Shown one piece after another: positions 49,501-58,963 of a stretch of DNA of 64,000 nt. A model generated the notes under the pieces. The model worked only from the letters and a program-made list of their open reading frames with translations, made no database searches and was not told the origin of the DNA. The stretch covers positions 480,001-544,000 of the forward strand of contig CP060223.1 of assembly GCA_023898465.1 (NCBI GenBank), read 5' to 3'. The stretch is from Candidatus Nomurabacteria bacterium (GTDB taxonomy: Bacteria > Patescibacteriota > Patescibacteriia > HK-STAS-PATE-3). The position numbers and the translations under genes are program-made. The stretch's first letter is position 1. The number at the start of each line of letters is the position of its first letter.

Positions 49501-51943
49501 CTCTAATTAAGGTAGTGGTGCTATAGGTCCCATCGATTTGGGCTTTTGCGTTCCAGCTTGCACTATATTCAGTGTAATTAGTTTCATCGATGTCTTTAGG
49601 ATCGGTTGCCCCGGATGATAGCCCTGTGGTCACGTTAAACCAATCAAGGCCATTATTTAACGAATATTCAAAACTCGGGGTCACCTGTCCTGAGCCAGAG
49701 CTGCCATCTGGGTCACGAACTGAGTAAGTGATAAGCACGCTACCATCACTGCTTTGCTGGGTAGCTGTTGGTGCGCCCTCAAACTCAGGCGGTGCATTTA
49801 CCACATACACCATAGTTGCATCATACAGTGTTGGCGCCGCATAACCGTTTGAAGACTCTAGCCATACCTTATACTGCATCCACTGATCATTCGTACTATC
49901 GGTATGAGTGCTATTCACCGTCTCTCCGCCACTTGGATCAGTATAATAATCCCCTGTGCCGCTAGGACCAAGCCAGCTTGACCAAGTACCAGGAGATCCT
50001 GAGCTATCTGGAGCGGTCCGAATCTGAAATTTGATTTCAGTACCACTCGGTAGATTTTCTGTCCAGCGCATACCCCCCAGCGCATTTAATGCATCGGTGC
50101 TATCAAAAGCAGATGAGGTCAGTGTTTGTGATGATGGGTATTGTTGATAACCGATGCTAATGTCTTCAAAGTGCGGCGAAGCACTAGTATCACTCGTCGA
50201 CATACTCACTCGATATTGAATGTATTGCTCACCATCCGTGACGCAAGCGTCAGAACTAATATCATTCCCGCTCGTTAAATTACCGCATCCGGACCAATCA
50301 GGTGCTCCACTCATGCCTGAATCATTTGAGGTACGAGCCTGAACAGTTAAAGTGGTGCTTCCTGGAACGGTAGCATTCCAACTTAAGGTATCAAAAACAG
50401 TGTTTCCGTTTGTATTAAGTGCCGCTGAGGTGAAAGTGCCCGGTGTAAGATAGGTTGAAGGAATATTAATGGCTAATCCGCTTGCACCATCAGCCATATA
50501 GCTAGTGGTGCCTGATTGCAACACATGTTTTCCGAGCGCGGTAAGTGCGGTGCTGCTCACTTCTGATGGAGAGGTTGGATTGCTCACATCAAGCACTTTT
50601 AAGCTTGCGTCATCAATAATGTACAAGTCTGTGCCTACCGCCTCTACTGAACGCACATCAGTCAAACCTGTACTATAAGCCCCTATGCGAACCGGGACAG
50701 ATGGATTACTAATATCAATAATAGTGACACCAACCGAGGAGTCTGCGGTATATGCGTAGCTACCTACTATAGCTACATCATATCCTTCATCAAAGGCTTC
50801 AAAATCATACGAATATCCTCGTACACCGCTAATAGAACCCGGGGTTCCAATATTGTATATGTTTAAACTCGCAGCCTCTCCGTAATCATCGTACCCAACC
50901 CCATATAAGTAATCACCATCAGCAACCAGGCGATACGGTCTTGCTTGATATGAAACGTTTGACGCACTGAGACTTGGGTTTACCGGATCCGCCAAAGACA
51001 ACACATAAATGCGCATCACACGACAAAAACCTGAACAACCTCCTACTGCAAAACCGGCATACAAATATGATCCACGAAGGTATACGCTGTACACCTCTCC
51101 CGTGCTTGTATATTGCCCTACTAAGCTCGGCGCATTTTTGTTGCTAATATCCACTACACGAACATCACCGGTATAGTCAGCAAGATACGCATAGTTGCCT
51201 GAAACGGTAACGTCTCGCGCGTCGTTTGTGTCGACACTACCAAGGGGCTGAGGTGATAAAGGATTCGAAATATCAAAAATTTTCAAACCATCAACGCCAT
51301 CGGCAATATAGGCATAATTACCGTCGACAAAAACTCCTTTTGCGTCAGTGGTGTCGGAATAGGCAGTGCCACCACTTGATTGGGCCAACTCAACATAGGC
51401 CCCACTTCCCGATCCCGTGACTTGAGTGCTACTCGTGGTACCTGTACCAAAATCAGCATCACTCGTTTGCACGAGAGACTGCGACGTGGTAGTTAAGCTT
51501 AGTTCCGTGCCAATGTTAAGGTTTGCATCAGCTGCTGAGTACTCATTCCAACCTGTCTGATCACCTGGATGCTGAGCAGTATTTGCAGTTTGACCACCGC
51601 TCCAGTCTGTCTGCACCCAATAATAAGTGGCCGCTCGAGAGGAACCAATAGTGAGAGCCCAAAATGTCACGCTAATGAGTAAAACAGACGAAATAATTGC
51701 TCCTGCGTAACGTCGAGAACTTTTAAAAGGCTTTATTACCTTTTGCGCTACCTTTTTATTACGTTTTAAGGAAATGGCAAGTACCCATCCAAAATATAAT
51801 GGGATAAACGCGGTATAAGGACGCTGCTTCTTGCGTTTCGCGCGAAGAAGCGTTGTTTTTTTCTGTAAGCTGGCTGATAAAGAAAATATTCCGAAACCAG
51901 CTCTTTTTGGGGGGCTTTTTTTCGCCGACCTTTTTTTGGTCAC
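46523..51943 (-). CDS. giant (about 1800 aa) membrane-anchored surface protein with LVIVD beta-propeller repeats and multiple fibronectin-III-like domains
   Basis: N-terminal signal anchor, and repeats of the YAYIADGVDGLKIFDISNP / VRVVDISN / VTIIDISNP type (LVIVD family). Many units of about 90 aa follow (VTITWETD..., ASISWLTD..., AVVTWLSN..., ATVRWTTS...) typical of FN3 or purple-acid-phosphatase-N-like domains. The extreme N-terminus (poly-K from A/C homopolymers) may not be translated. Confidence 0.75.
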   Translation of the reverse strand: MTKKRSAKKSPPKRAGFGIFSLSASLQKKTTLLRAKRKKQRPYTAFIPLYFGWVLAISLKRNKKVAQKVIKPFKSSRRYAGAIISSVLLISVTFWALTIGSSRAATYYWVQTDWSGGQTANTAQHPGDQTGWNEYSAADANLNIGTELSLTTTSQSLVQTSDADFGTGTTSSTQVTGSGSGAYVELAQSSGGTAYSDTTDAKGVFVDGNYAYIADGVDGLKIFDISNPLSPQPLGSVDTNDARDVTVSGNYAYLADYTGDVRVVDISNKNAPSLVGQYTSTGEVYSVYLRGSYLYAGFAVGGCSGFCRVMRIYVLSLADPVNPSLSASNVSYQARPYRLVADGDYLYGVGYDDYGEAASLNIYNIGTPGSISGVRGYSYDFEAFDEGYDVAIVGSYAYTADSSVGVTIIDISNPSVPVRIGAYSTGLTDVRSVEAVGTDLYIIDDASLKVLDVSNPTSPSEVSSTALTALGKHVLQSGTTSYMADGASGLAINIPSTYLTPGTFTSAALNTNGNTVFDTLSWNATVPGSTTLTVQARTSNDSGMSGAPDWSGCGNLTSGNDISSDACVTDGEQYIQYRVSMSTSDTSASPHFEDISIGYQQYPSSQTLTSSAFDSTDALNALGGMRWTENLPSGTEIKFQIRTAPDSSGSPGTWSSWLGPSGTGDYYTDPSGGETVNSTHTDSTNDQWMQYKVWLESSNGYAAPTLYDATMVYVVNAPPEFEGAPTATQQSSDGSVLITYSVRDPDGSSGSGQVTPSFEYSLNNGLDWFNVTTGLSSGATDPKDIDETNYTEYSASWNAKAQIDGTYSTTTLIRVTIDDGELANNTASDETSAFTLDVKDPVLGSPAIVVDARTDPASLDLSGSDDSSLEMQVSLRSDFVGATWVSYASSSTISLVTDPDTVYVRFRDAYKNTSSSASAVTPETPTTVIIRDISNVEADAYQLFISWKAVALPDPGFSEYTVYRSTDGTSYSTISHISDRAINYYLDQSVTADTSYWYKISSEDSDGNFSYYSAVVSESANGQGGTDSTPPTISNVATSQIGTQTVTITWETDELSDSTIGYSDTPADFGTTIGVATLMDNEAGVGVHRVILTGLDPSTTYYFRVRSEDPGGNSATDSDGGDGYTVTTLSGPAISNVSTQEVSNTEASISWLTDVESDSHVFYSVNSDMSDAIEVGLDTPPTMNHLVKLSGLTNGTLYYYYVTSGVAFDNNGGEYYSFVTTSDTVPPVLSNIQADPVIDTRAVVTWLSNERATSQLRYGTSSGNYTVTTSLDESLNLTHLVTLSNLSPKTTYYYTVSSVDASGNSTTSTEKSFSTLEMLSEESDVEQREQDAIDGSKDETNPSITGIEVVNISDSAATVRWTTSEEANSFIQFGLTTVYGTIYGDWTYATSHSLTLQQLNSGSTYHYRVISVDASGNTSITGDKTFTTSGTAPIDRNNPDEIKNILEENLDLLNDLYGNVSIDILELSLEEQYQLIEELSKIIPTPLISGEPRVDVGPTSVTIQWRTDKDSNALVAYASDADFALAQQYTQVVGDAETYSTTHSVTVYNLQPDTTYHYQVRSRTKISQTTQSADFSFTTDPQVFDIQNYAVEKISSEEAVFRWTTTRDADATVRVIPYRNNIKAVDELSSVRDDTQTIIHQVTVDSFESGVTYAIELVSVDADGNTVSKTLDSFVTGDENAPPLISQIQTDSALSPGRDTKVQTIISWLTNEPATSRVYYRQGVASADEAITEATPLDTNYTKRHVVVLTSFEPGSVYQFKVESTDSSGQTSVSEPLTILTPQQEQTVVQVILGSVQDLFGWLNLF

Positions 51944-51988
51944 GACAAAATTATCCCACTTTTTCCACTATTGAGCAAGTGAAAACTA

Positions 51989-53188
51989 TTACTTATATCG
52001 CAGCGCTTCCAATGGATCCATATTTGCAGCGCGACGTGAAGGAAAAATACCAGTTAAGAAACCGATGAAGGTGGAAAAAACAATAATAACCACAACAAAC
52101 CACAGTGGTTCATAAAATAAATCTAAAGAGCGTCCACCTAAGCGCATCGCCAGGAAATTTAATCCAACATTAGTAATTTGACCAGCCAAAAATCCTAATA
52201 ATACGCCACCCAGACCACCGAGAAAGCCCATCAACATTGACTCGATTAAAAACATCTTACGAATATCCGCTCGCGTAACACCAACCGAGCGCATAATACC
52301 TATTTCATTAATACGTTCGAGTAAGGCAATTGTCATGGTATTAAACATACCAATTGCTGAAACAACTAAGGCAATTAATCCAAAGAGACCGAGGATGATT
52401 TGTAGCACGTTAAATATCTGATTTGCCTGGGAGATGATGTCGGATAATGAGGAAACAAGGTATCCACGAGCAATAATTTGATCACGAACAGTCGCCAGCG
52501 CATCCTGCTCAGCTACTTTCACCTTTACTAGGTCATAGGACTCAATGTCATCAATGCCCAACTCTTGAAGCGGCACATAGGCAAAACTTGATGTTTCATC
52601 TTCAATAATTCCCTGAACTGTGAAGCTCTGCTCCACCTCACGCACATCAACGGTTTCAAAACCCTGCTCATCAAGCTGTGCCACATATACGGTCATAGTC
52701 ACTTCTTGATGCAACATCTCGTCAGCACTCTTATTAAAGAGCTTAGCGGCAGCACTTGATAACACAATTGCCTGACTTGCCTCACTGCTAAATATTTCAC
52801 CTTGATCGACTTGCAAGCCATGTAGTCTGAAAAAATTTGGGTCTACTGCTTGTAAAAGGGAGTCACTGCTCAAGCCCTGGAAGTGGATCTGGCCGGAAAA
52901 GCTCTTCAAACGCGCAGTTTCTGTTACCTCTGGTAAATCCTCTAGATTCTTTAAGGATGCGTCATCCAACACAACCAAGCCGGAATCTCCAGGGGCAACA
53001 TCTAAGCTTAACAATGCATCGGCGGTGGTAATTTGGCTTAAAATAACTCTTTGTAAACCATAGCCTAGCGATACGAGGAAGAGCACTGCGCCAATACCGA
53101 TACCCACGCCTAAGATCGTTAAAAAGGTCCGCATTGGACGGGTAGTAAACATACGCGTCGAAAGTGAAAGGAGATCCGGAATACGCAT
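51989..53188 (-). CDS. ABC transporter permease, FtsX/MacB-like with periplasmic domain
   Basis: TM1, a large extracytoplasmic domain, then 3 C-terminal TM helices. Confidence 0.8.
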   Translation of the reverse strand: MRIPDLLSLSTRMFTTRPMRTFLTILGVGIGIGAVLFLVSLGYGLQRVILSQITTADALLSLDVAPGDSGLVVLDDASLKNLEDLPEVTETARLKSFSGQIHFQGLSSDSLLQAVDPNFFRLHGLQVDQGEIFSSEASQAIVLSSAAAKLFNKSADEMLHQEVTMTVYVAQLDEQGFETVDVREVEQSFTVQGIIEDETSSFAYVPLQELGIDDIESYDLVKVKVAEQDALATVRDQIIARGYLVSSLSDIISQANQIFNVLQIILGLFGLIALVVSAIGMFNTMTIALLERINEIGIMRSVGVTRADIRKMFLIESMLMGFLGGLGGVLLGFLAGQITNVGLNFLAMRLGGRSLDLFYEPLWFVVVIIVFSTFIGFLTGIFPSRRAANMDPLEALRYK

Positions 53189-53190
53189 AC

Positions 53191-54537
53191 TTACTCGACC
53201 TGATACTTACCTAACATAATTAGTTCTAGACGGCGAGCTAATTTACGAGCTGTTTGTCTGTTATATCCTAAGCCGCCCTCATCCCACGGTAAATCAAATT
53301 GACGAAAAGCTTCTTTTTGATCAATAACACCCTGTAAACGATTTTGAAGTACTGTATTGAAACGACGCAGTTCATCCGCGCTCCTCATATGAATAGCAAA
53401 CACATCGAGGAGATAATGTCGAATTGTGTGCACTCGTTCTTCTTCGCTTGTAGCTTGCGCTTCGCCCTCTCTTTGCTGAAGTAGTTTAATTTCCTCGACA
53501 AGCTGGGCGATCTTTTCAGTCATCTTTTCTGCGGTGCGATGATCCAAGCCAAAGCCGCCGTCCTCAATATTGAGGTCAAGTAACTGTTCTAAACGCTGAT
53601 CCTCACGCAGCCCGCTCATCAACATGTGCTGCACTTGCTCCTCTAGCTTTGACAATTGAGGAAGTGTTAATCCTGTCAGCACCTCGGTAACAATCTCACG
53701 CGACTTATAGGGCAGAAGCAAATGTTCAATATGCTGAGGCTCTAAGGTGGTATATGATCGCAGGAGTAATTCGAGATTATGCGGCACAACGGGCGGCACC
53801 TCTTTTACCTCTTTCACGCCGGGATGAATAGCTCGGTTCACTTTCGTCTGAATGATCTGCCCATCCTTCATATAAAAAACCCGATGGGCTAAATGCAAAT
53901 GGGCCGGATTATGCGTGACGAGAATAATCGTCTTATTTCTTTTCTCATTTAGCTCATGAATCAAATCCATCACATCATTGGCTGACTTTGAATCAAGGTT
54001 TCCAACCGGCTCATCCGCAAGCACAATGTCGGGATTATTTACTAGAGCGCGACAAATAGCCACTCGTTGCTGCTGACCACCAGAAAGCTCTGTTGGCAAT
54101 TTTTCAGCCTGGGTAATCACGCCAAAGTGCTTGAGAAGCTCGTTAGCAAGCTTAGTTCGCTCGGCCACCGCAGTATGAATTGCCATTTGCGGCAAAAGTA
54201 CATTTTTGCGAACTGATAAGGTTGGTATCAAATAGAAGGCTTGAAAAATCATGCCAATCTTATGCTGGCGATACTCAGCAATCTCTCGCATGGTCAGATG
54301 AGCAATGTCTTTTTTATCTACTGAAATATTTCCATGCGTATGGGTTTCTAGGCCAGCAATTGAATAGAGTAAGGTAGACTTTCCACAACCCGAAGGGCCA
54401 AAGAAAATAATAAATTCACCTGGATAAATTTCCAGGTTAATACGCTGAAGTGCTTTCACTTCATTCTTGCGACCCATAAAATAGGTCACGTTAAGGTCTT
54501 TTACTTCAATAATTGGCTGTAGTACTTGCTTGCCCAC
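53191..54537 (-). CDS. ABC transporter ATP-binding protein (MacB/LolD-like) with an about 220-aa C-terminal extension containing a duplicated motif
   Basis: Walker A GPSGCGKST, signature LSGGQQQRVAICRAL and Walker B VLADEP. The extension carries two copies of an EDGGFGLDHRTAEKM / DEGGLGYNRQTARKL motif. Confidence 0.85.
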   Translation of the reverse strand: MGKQVLQPIIEVKDLNVTYFMGRKNEVKALQRINLEIYPGEFIIFFGPSGCGKSTLLYSIAGLETHTHGNISVDKKDIAHLTMREIAEYRQHKIGMIFQAFYLIPTLSVRKNVLLPQMAIHTAVAERTKLANELLKHFGVITQAEKLPTELSGGQQQRVAICRALVNNPDIVLADEPVGNLDSKSANDVMDLIHELNEKRNKTIILVTHNPAHLHLAHRVFYMKDGQIIQTKVNRAIHPGVKEVKEVPPVVPHNLELLLRSYTTLEPQHIEHLLLPYKSREIVTEVLTGLTLPQLSKLEEQVQHMLMSGLREDQRLEQLLDLNIEDGGFGLDHRTAEKMTEKIAQLVEEIKLLQQREGEAQATSEEERVHTIRHYLLDVFAIHMRSADELRRFNTVLQNRLQGVIDQKEAFRQFDLPWDEGGLGYNRQTARKLARRLELIMLGKYQVE

Positions 54538-54597
54538 CTTCGCGTATACTCCGACAGCTGAATAAAACTCTTTTAAGTATACGCTTTTTTGAGGAAC

Positions 54598-55716
54598 TTA
54601 TCTAGTTTTTGCCTGCCAAATAGGCATTTGCGCAAGTTCCGCCATTGCTTCACTTGCCTCAATAATTCCCCCTCCAATAAGCTCATCCCCTTGATAAAAC
54701 ACGATGAACTGTCCTGGCGTGACTGCACGCTGTGCTGTAGTGAAAGAAACGCGCAAGTGCCCATCCTGCTTCTCAATCACGCAATCCTGGGCTGGCTGAC
54801 GGTAACGAATGCGAGCCTGGCAATGATAAGGAAATTCTGGCTCTCTCATTGTCCAACTTGGCTCAATCATGCTCAGCCAGGTAGAGTAAAGCAAAGGGTG
54901 CTTATTCCCCTGCACGGCAATAAGACGATTATGCTCGGTATCTTTTACTGCCACATAGTACGGAATACCCGTGCCGCTCACCCCTAGGCCTTCTCGCTGG
55001 CCAATGGTGGCAAATATACTTCCCTGGTGCTGACCAATAACCTTACCCTCTGGAGTTATCACCTCGCCGGGCTGCTTGTGCAAGCGTGTTTGTAAAAATT
55101 CAGCGATATTCACTGGACCAACAAAGCAGATACCCTGGCTGTCTTTTTTCTCCGCTGTGCGCAGTCCGGCTTCTCGCGCCATCTTTCGCACTTCAGGTTT
55201 TGTATACTCACCGATTGGAAAAAACGCGTAGGGCAAACTGCGCTGATCTAAACTCATGAGAAAATACGACTGATCTTTGTTGCTATCTAAACCCTGGAGA
55301 AGATGAGACCCATCTGCATCATGACGCACTCGGGCATAATGTCCGGTTGCAACTGCATCATATCCTTCGGCAAGCGCCCGTTGTAAAAATAATCCAAACT
55401 TAATCTCCTTATTACAAAGAATATCAGGATTTGGCGTGCGACCTGCAGCGTATTCTGCAAAGAAGATATCCATAACCCGTTGACGATACTCTTCTTCAAA
55501 ATCCCAGACTTCGAAAGGAATGCCTAACTGGGTAGCAACCCGGACCGCATCTTTGCGATCAGCTTCTTCTGAGCAGTATGGCGAAATCTTGGACTTGGTC
55601 CAGTTTTTCATAAATACGCCCGTGATGTCATATCCTTGGTCTCGCAATAAAAGTGCGGCAACCGAAGAATCAACCCCACCGGACATACCTACGGCGATTT
55701 TTTTCTTCTTCGTCAT
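54598..55716 (-). CDS. mnmA: tRNA-specific 2-thiouridylase
   Basis: PP-loop KIAVGMSGGVDSSVAA and catalytic-Cys contexts. The start is at ATG 55716. Confidence 0.9.
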   Translation of the reverse strand: MTKKKKIAVGMSGGVDSSVAALLLRDQGYDITGVFMKNWTKSKISPYCSEEADRKDAVRVATQLGIPFEVWDFEEEYRQRVMDIFFAEYAAGRTPNPDILCNKEIKFGLFLQRALAEGYDAVATGHYARVRHDADGSHLLQGLDSNKDQSYFLMSLDQRSLPYAFFPIGEYTKPEVRKMAREAGLRTAEKKDSQGICFVGPVNIAEFLQTRLHKQPGEVITPEGKVIGQHQGSIFATIGQREGLGVSGTGIPYYVAVKDTEHNRLIAVQGNKHPLLYSTWLSMIEPSWTMREPEFPYHCQARIRYRQPAQDCVIEKQDGHLRVSFTTAQRAVTPGQFIVFYQGDELIGGGIIEASEAMAELAQMPIWQAKTR

Positions 55717-55759
55717 AGCGACGCAATGTACCACATGCCGAAGCCTGATGCAAGCATCT

Positions 55760-56905
55760 TTACTTGCCTAGCGCGGTATAGAGGTCATAGACATCAGTCG
55801 TACCCTCTCGCAAAACTTCAACATACATACGGACGCTCCCATCGCTCTGCGTAATAACTTCCGGCTGTCGAATACTGCGATTGTTTGGACCGAGCAATAC
55901 GGCTTGATTGGTTTTCGTAAAAGTGAGTCCATCACTGCTCTCGGCTTGGAAAATTGCCAAGCTTTGTACAATGTTCCCGTCTTGCGAAATGTCACTTCGC
56001 GGCGCAGCGTAATAGAGAATGTAATCCTCCCCTAGGTAGTGAAGCGCTGGATCATATACCGTTGCGGCTATGCGTTCACCTTCCCAGATCCAGTCCTGAC
56101 CAACATTTTCTGAAAGCATGCTCACAATTCGATCACCCTGAGACTCATATACCATACGCAAGTTGCCATTTGGGAGAAGCAGGAGATCAGGACTACTCAA
56201 CAAGCCTGCATCATTACGAGCACCATCAACAATTTTGCCGTGCTGGCTAAAACGCAATCCATCAGAAGAAAAGGCTACATAAAAAGCGCGAGGTTGATCA
56301 ATCTGCGGCACTTCAATTTTTTGTCGAGGTGATAACTCATACACCATGATGAAATACTCACTCGAAATTTGAAGCACTGCTGGATTATGAATTTCCGGAC
56401 GGCGATCAAAAGGAATGCTAGTGTCCTCAGAAATGCCGGTTGACTCGGGATCACCAAATTCTACCCCATCTTGAGAAGTTCTCCGATAAATATTCCCATC
56501 CTGCACATAGTAGAGTGCGATCGTGCCATCGGGGTACACAATACTTGAAACATTAGTAATACCTCGTAAGATCGGCTCATCACTGAGGGTCCAGCTTTGT
56601 GGCGCGTCAAGGTCAGGCGCTTCTGGTATGACAAAGGAATAATCGTTTTCTGCGCTTGAGGTATTGGTGATAGGCCCCGGGGTTAATGTAGTTCCAGGGT
56701 TATACCAACGGGTGAGCAGAGCTATGCTAAAAAGGACAATTGAAAGCACAAGTGTCTGCCAATACAAACGCGGAATACTATACAACTTTGTTTTTTTGTT
56801 TCGCGTCGACCTAATCCGATTCCTCAAGGTCGTCCCAGCGACCGAGGATTTCCTTTTGGGTCTGCTGGAGGCACGACGCGCAGTAGTCTTCACTGCCCTC
56901 CTCAT
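55760..56905 (-). CDS. membrane-anchored extracytoplasmic BNR/Asp-box repeat protein (sialidase/glycoside-hydrolase-like beta-propeller)
   Basis: Basic N-terminus plus TM, with SxDG Asp-box motifs (TSQDGVEF, FSSDGLRF, ESSDGLTF, TQSDGSVRMY). Confidence 0.5.
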   Translation of the reverse strand: MRRAVKTTARRASSRPKRKSSVAGTTLRNRIRSTRNKKTKLYSIPRLYWQTLVLSIVLFSIALLTRWYNPGTTLTPGPITNTSSAENDYSFVIPEAPDLDAPQSWTLSDEPILRGITNVSSIVYPDGTIALYYVQDGNIYRRTSQDGVEFGDPESTGISEDTSIPFDRRPEIHNPAVLQISSEYFIMVYELSPRQKIEVPQIDQPRAFYVAFSSDGLRFSQHGKIVDGARNDAGLLSSPDLLLLPNGNLRMVYESQGDRIVSMLSENVGQDWIWEGERIAATVYDPALHYLGEDYILYYAAPRSDISQDGNIVQSLAIFQAESSDGLTFTKTNQAVLLGPNNRSIRQPEVITQSDGSVRMYVEVLREGTTDVYDLYTALGK

Positions 56906-57023
56906 ATTTTTTCTTGCACTGTTTACAAGTTTTCACTGACTCAGTATAACAGAAATCTTTTTTTAGCCCAAAAAAACCAAAGTGGCATGGAAAGAAACAA
57001 TACGTTATACTGCTCGTATGCAT
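56811..57023 (-). CDS. possible small Cys-rich zinc-ribbon protein (CxxC-x11-CxxC)
   Basis: CKQCKKKYEEGSEDYCASC. It overlaps the 5' end of the downstream gene by about 95 nt, so coding status is doubtful. Confidence 0.2.
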   Translation of the reverse strand: MHTSSITYCFFPCHFGFFGLKKDFCYTESVKTCKQCKKKYEEGSEDYCASCLQQTQKEILGRWDDLEESD

Positions 57024-57398
57024 ATTATTTTTCGTTGGATTCTTAACGCACTCGCCCTCCTCCTGGTCGCCTATCTCCTGCCTGGATTTGCGGTTGATTC
57101 TTTTTATGCCGCGCTTATTACCGCGCTTATCCTAGGCATCCTGAACGCGGTTATCCGACCGCTGCTCATCATCCTCACCCTGCCCGTTACCATCCTCACT
57201 CTCGGACTTTTCACCTTTGTGATTAATGCCCTGCTTATCTGGTTTGTAGCGAGCTTTGTGCAAGGATTTCAGGTTGATGGATTTGGACCTGCTTTCCTAG
57301 CTGGATTACTACTTTGGATTATTTCTTGGTTCACCAACGGACTTACAAAAAAGCGCAACACAAAACCAAAAGTGGAAGTATTAGGTCAACCTAAATAG
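57018..57398 (+). CDS. DUF360/phage-holin-4-like small membrane protein
   Basis: 4 TM helices and the family pattern LLPGFAVDSFYAALITALILGILNAVIRPLL. The start is at ATG 57018. Confidence 0.55.
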   Translation: MHIIFRWILNALALLLVAYLLPGFAVDSFYAALITALILGILNAVIRPLLIILTLPVTILTLGLFTFVINALLIWFVASFVQGFQVDGFGPAFLAGLLLWIISWFTNGLTKKRNTKPKVEVLGQPK

Positions 57399-57404
57399 CC
57401 CTGC

Positions 57405-58886
57405 ATGCAACGCGCCTCCGGAGTCTTACTGCCGGTCTCTTCACTACCTAGTCCCTATGGCATTGGTGATTTTGGGCCATCTGCGTATACCTATGTAGAT
57501 TGGCTGCAGGAAGCAGGTCAGAGATACTGGACCATCCTGCCTCTCCTTATCCCTGACTCGCTGGGGTCACCCTTTAATACCGTTTCCGCCTTTGCGCTGA
57601 ATTGGCAACTTATTAGCCCGGAACTTCTGGTACAACAGAAACTCCTTGATGCAAAAACTGCTCGTGCGCTACAGAGTGATGCAAAACGAGTTCGCCATCG
57701 TGAGGTAGCGCAAACAAAACGCCGAATTTTGCACCAAGCTTGGAAATATTTCCTTCTTCATGCAAGCGCTCAGCAACGGCGTGACTTTGCTGCTTTTCAA
57801 AAGCAAGAAAAAGACTGGCTAGACGATTTTGCGCTTTATATGGCAATCAAAGAAACGCAGCGAGGTCGACCCTGGTTTCGTTGGATCAACGTCTATCGAG
57901 AACGAGATTTTAAAGCACTGCAAAAGTTTCGCGAGAAACAAAGCGATAGGATACAGCAGCACGCTTTTGGCCAATGGGTTGCTACTCAACAATGGCAGTC
58001 ATTAAAAGACTATGCCAATAAAAAAGGTGTGCGTATTTTTGGCGATCTCCCTTTCGCCGTAGCGCATGACAGCGTTGATGTTTGGAGTCATCCAGAACTT
58101 TTTTACATAAGCCCGCAGGGTAAATCCCTCCAAGTACTTGGAGTTCCACCTGATAGTTTTTCTAAAACCGGACAACTGTGGGGTTCACCGGCTTATAAGT
58201 GGAAAAAACACGCAGCTACTCACTTCCAGTGGTGGGTGCAACGCTTTGCTAAAGCAAGTCAGCTCTATGACATGCTCCGGCTCGATCATTTCCGTGGTTA
58301 CGCAGCGAACTGGGTTATTCCTGGAAAAGCAAAAACAGCCAAGGGTGGACACTGGGAAAAAGTGCCTGGTAAAAAACTCTTCCGCGCAATTCAGAAAAAG
58401 GCTCAACACCTACACTGTGTGGCCGAAGACCTGGGTGTCATAACACCGGATGTGATTGCGCTAAGGAATGCTCTTCAATTTCCCGGCATGCGCATACTTG
58501 AATTTGGCCTAAGTGATGGCAAGCGAAGTGTGCACCATCCTGATAATTATCCAATAAACTGTGTAGCCTATACCGGCACCCACGACCTCCCTCCACTCAA
58601 ACAGTGGTTCCACAATGCAAAGCGCACAAGTAAAATGAATGCGACACGCTATGGGCAGAGCGACACCCAACACATTGGGCAAAATCTCATCCACGCCCTG
58701 CTATGGAACAAAGCGAAAATAGTAATCATACAAATGCAAGACCTGCTTGCGCTTGGCCAGGGCAGCCGTATAAACACCCCAGCCACCAAGCGAAATAACT
58801 GGAGCTGGAGATTGACTTCGACCTCTCTCAGCAAAAAAACAGCGCGAGAGCTAAAAAGTCTGCTCAAAGAAACGCGTCGGATCTAG
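57405..58886 (+). CDS. malQ: 4-alpha-glucanotransferase (amylomaltase, GH77)
   Basis: GVLLPVSSLPSPYGIGDFG N-terminal signature and GH77 catalytic regions. Confidence 0.85.
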   Translation: MQRASGVLLPVSSLPSPYGIGDFGPSAYTYVDWLQEAGQRYWTILPLLIPDSLGSPFNTVSAFALNWQLISPELLVQQKLLDAKTARALQSDAKRVRHREVAQTKRRILHQAWKYFLLHASAQQRRDFAAFQKQEKDWLDDFALYMAIKETQRGRPWFRWINVYRERDFKALQKFREKQSDRIQQHAFGQWVATQQWQSLKDYANKKGVRIFGDLPFAVAHDSVDVWSHPELFYISPQGKSLQVLGVPPDSFSKTGQLWGSPAYKWKKHAATHFQWWVQRFAKASQLYDMLRLDHFRGYAANWVIPGKAKTAKGGHWEKVPGKKLFRAIQKKAQHLHCVAEDLGVITPDVIALRNALQFPGMRILEFGLSDGKRSVHHPDNYPINCVAYTGTHDLPPLKQWFHNAKRTSKMNATRYGQSDTQHIGQNLIHALLWNKAKIVIIQMQDLLALGQGSRINTPATKRNNWSWRLTSTSLSKKTARELKSLLKETRRI

Positions 58887-58963
58887 TCTTTACTTTTCTT
58901 GTAGAATGCGATAAGTATTGTACAGATTTTGGATAGGTCGCACATTAAAATGGAGGTAATCGG

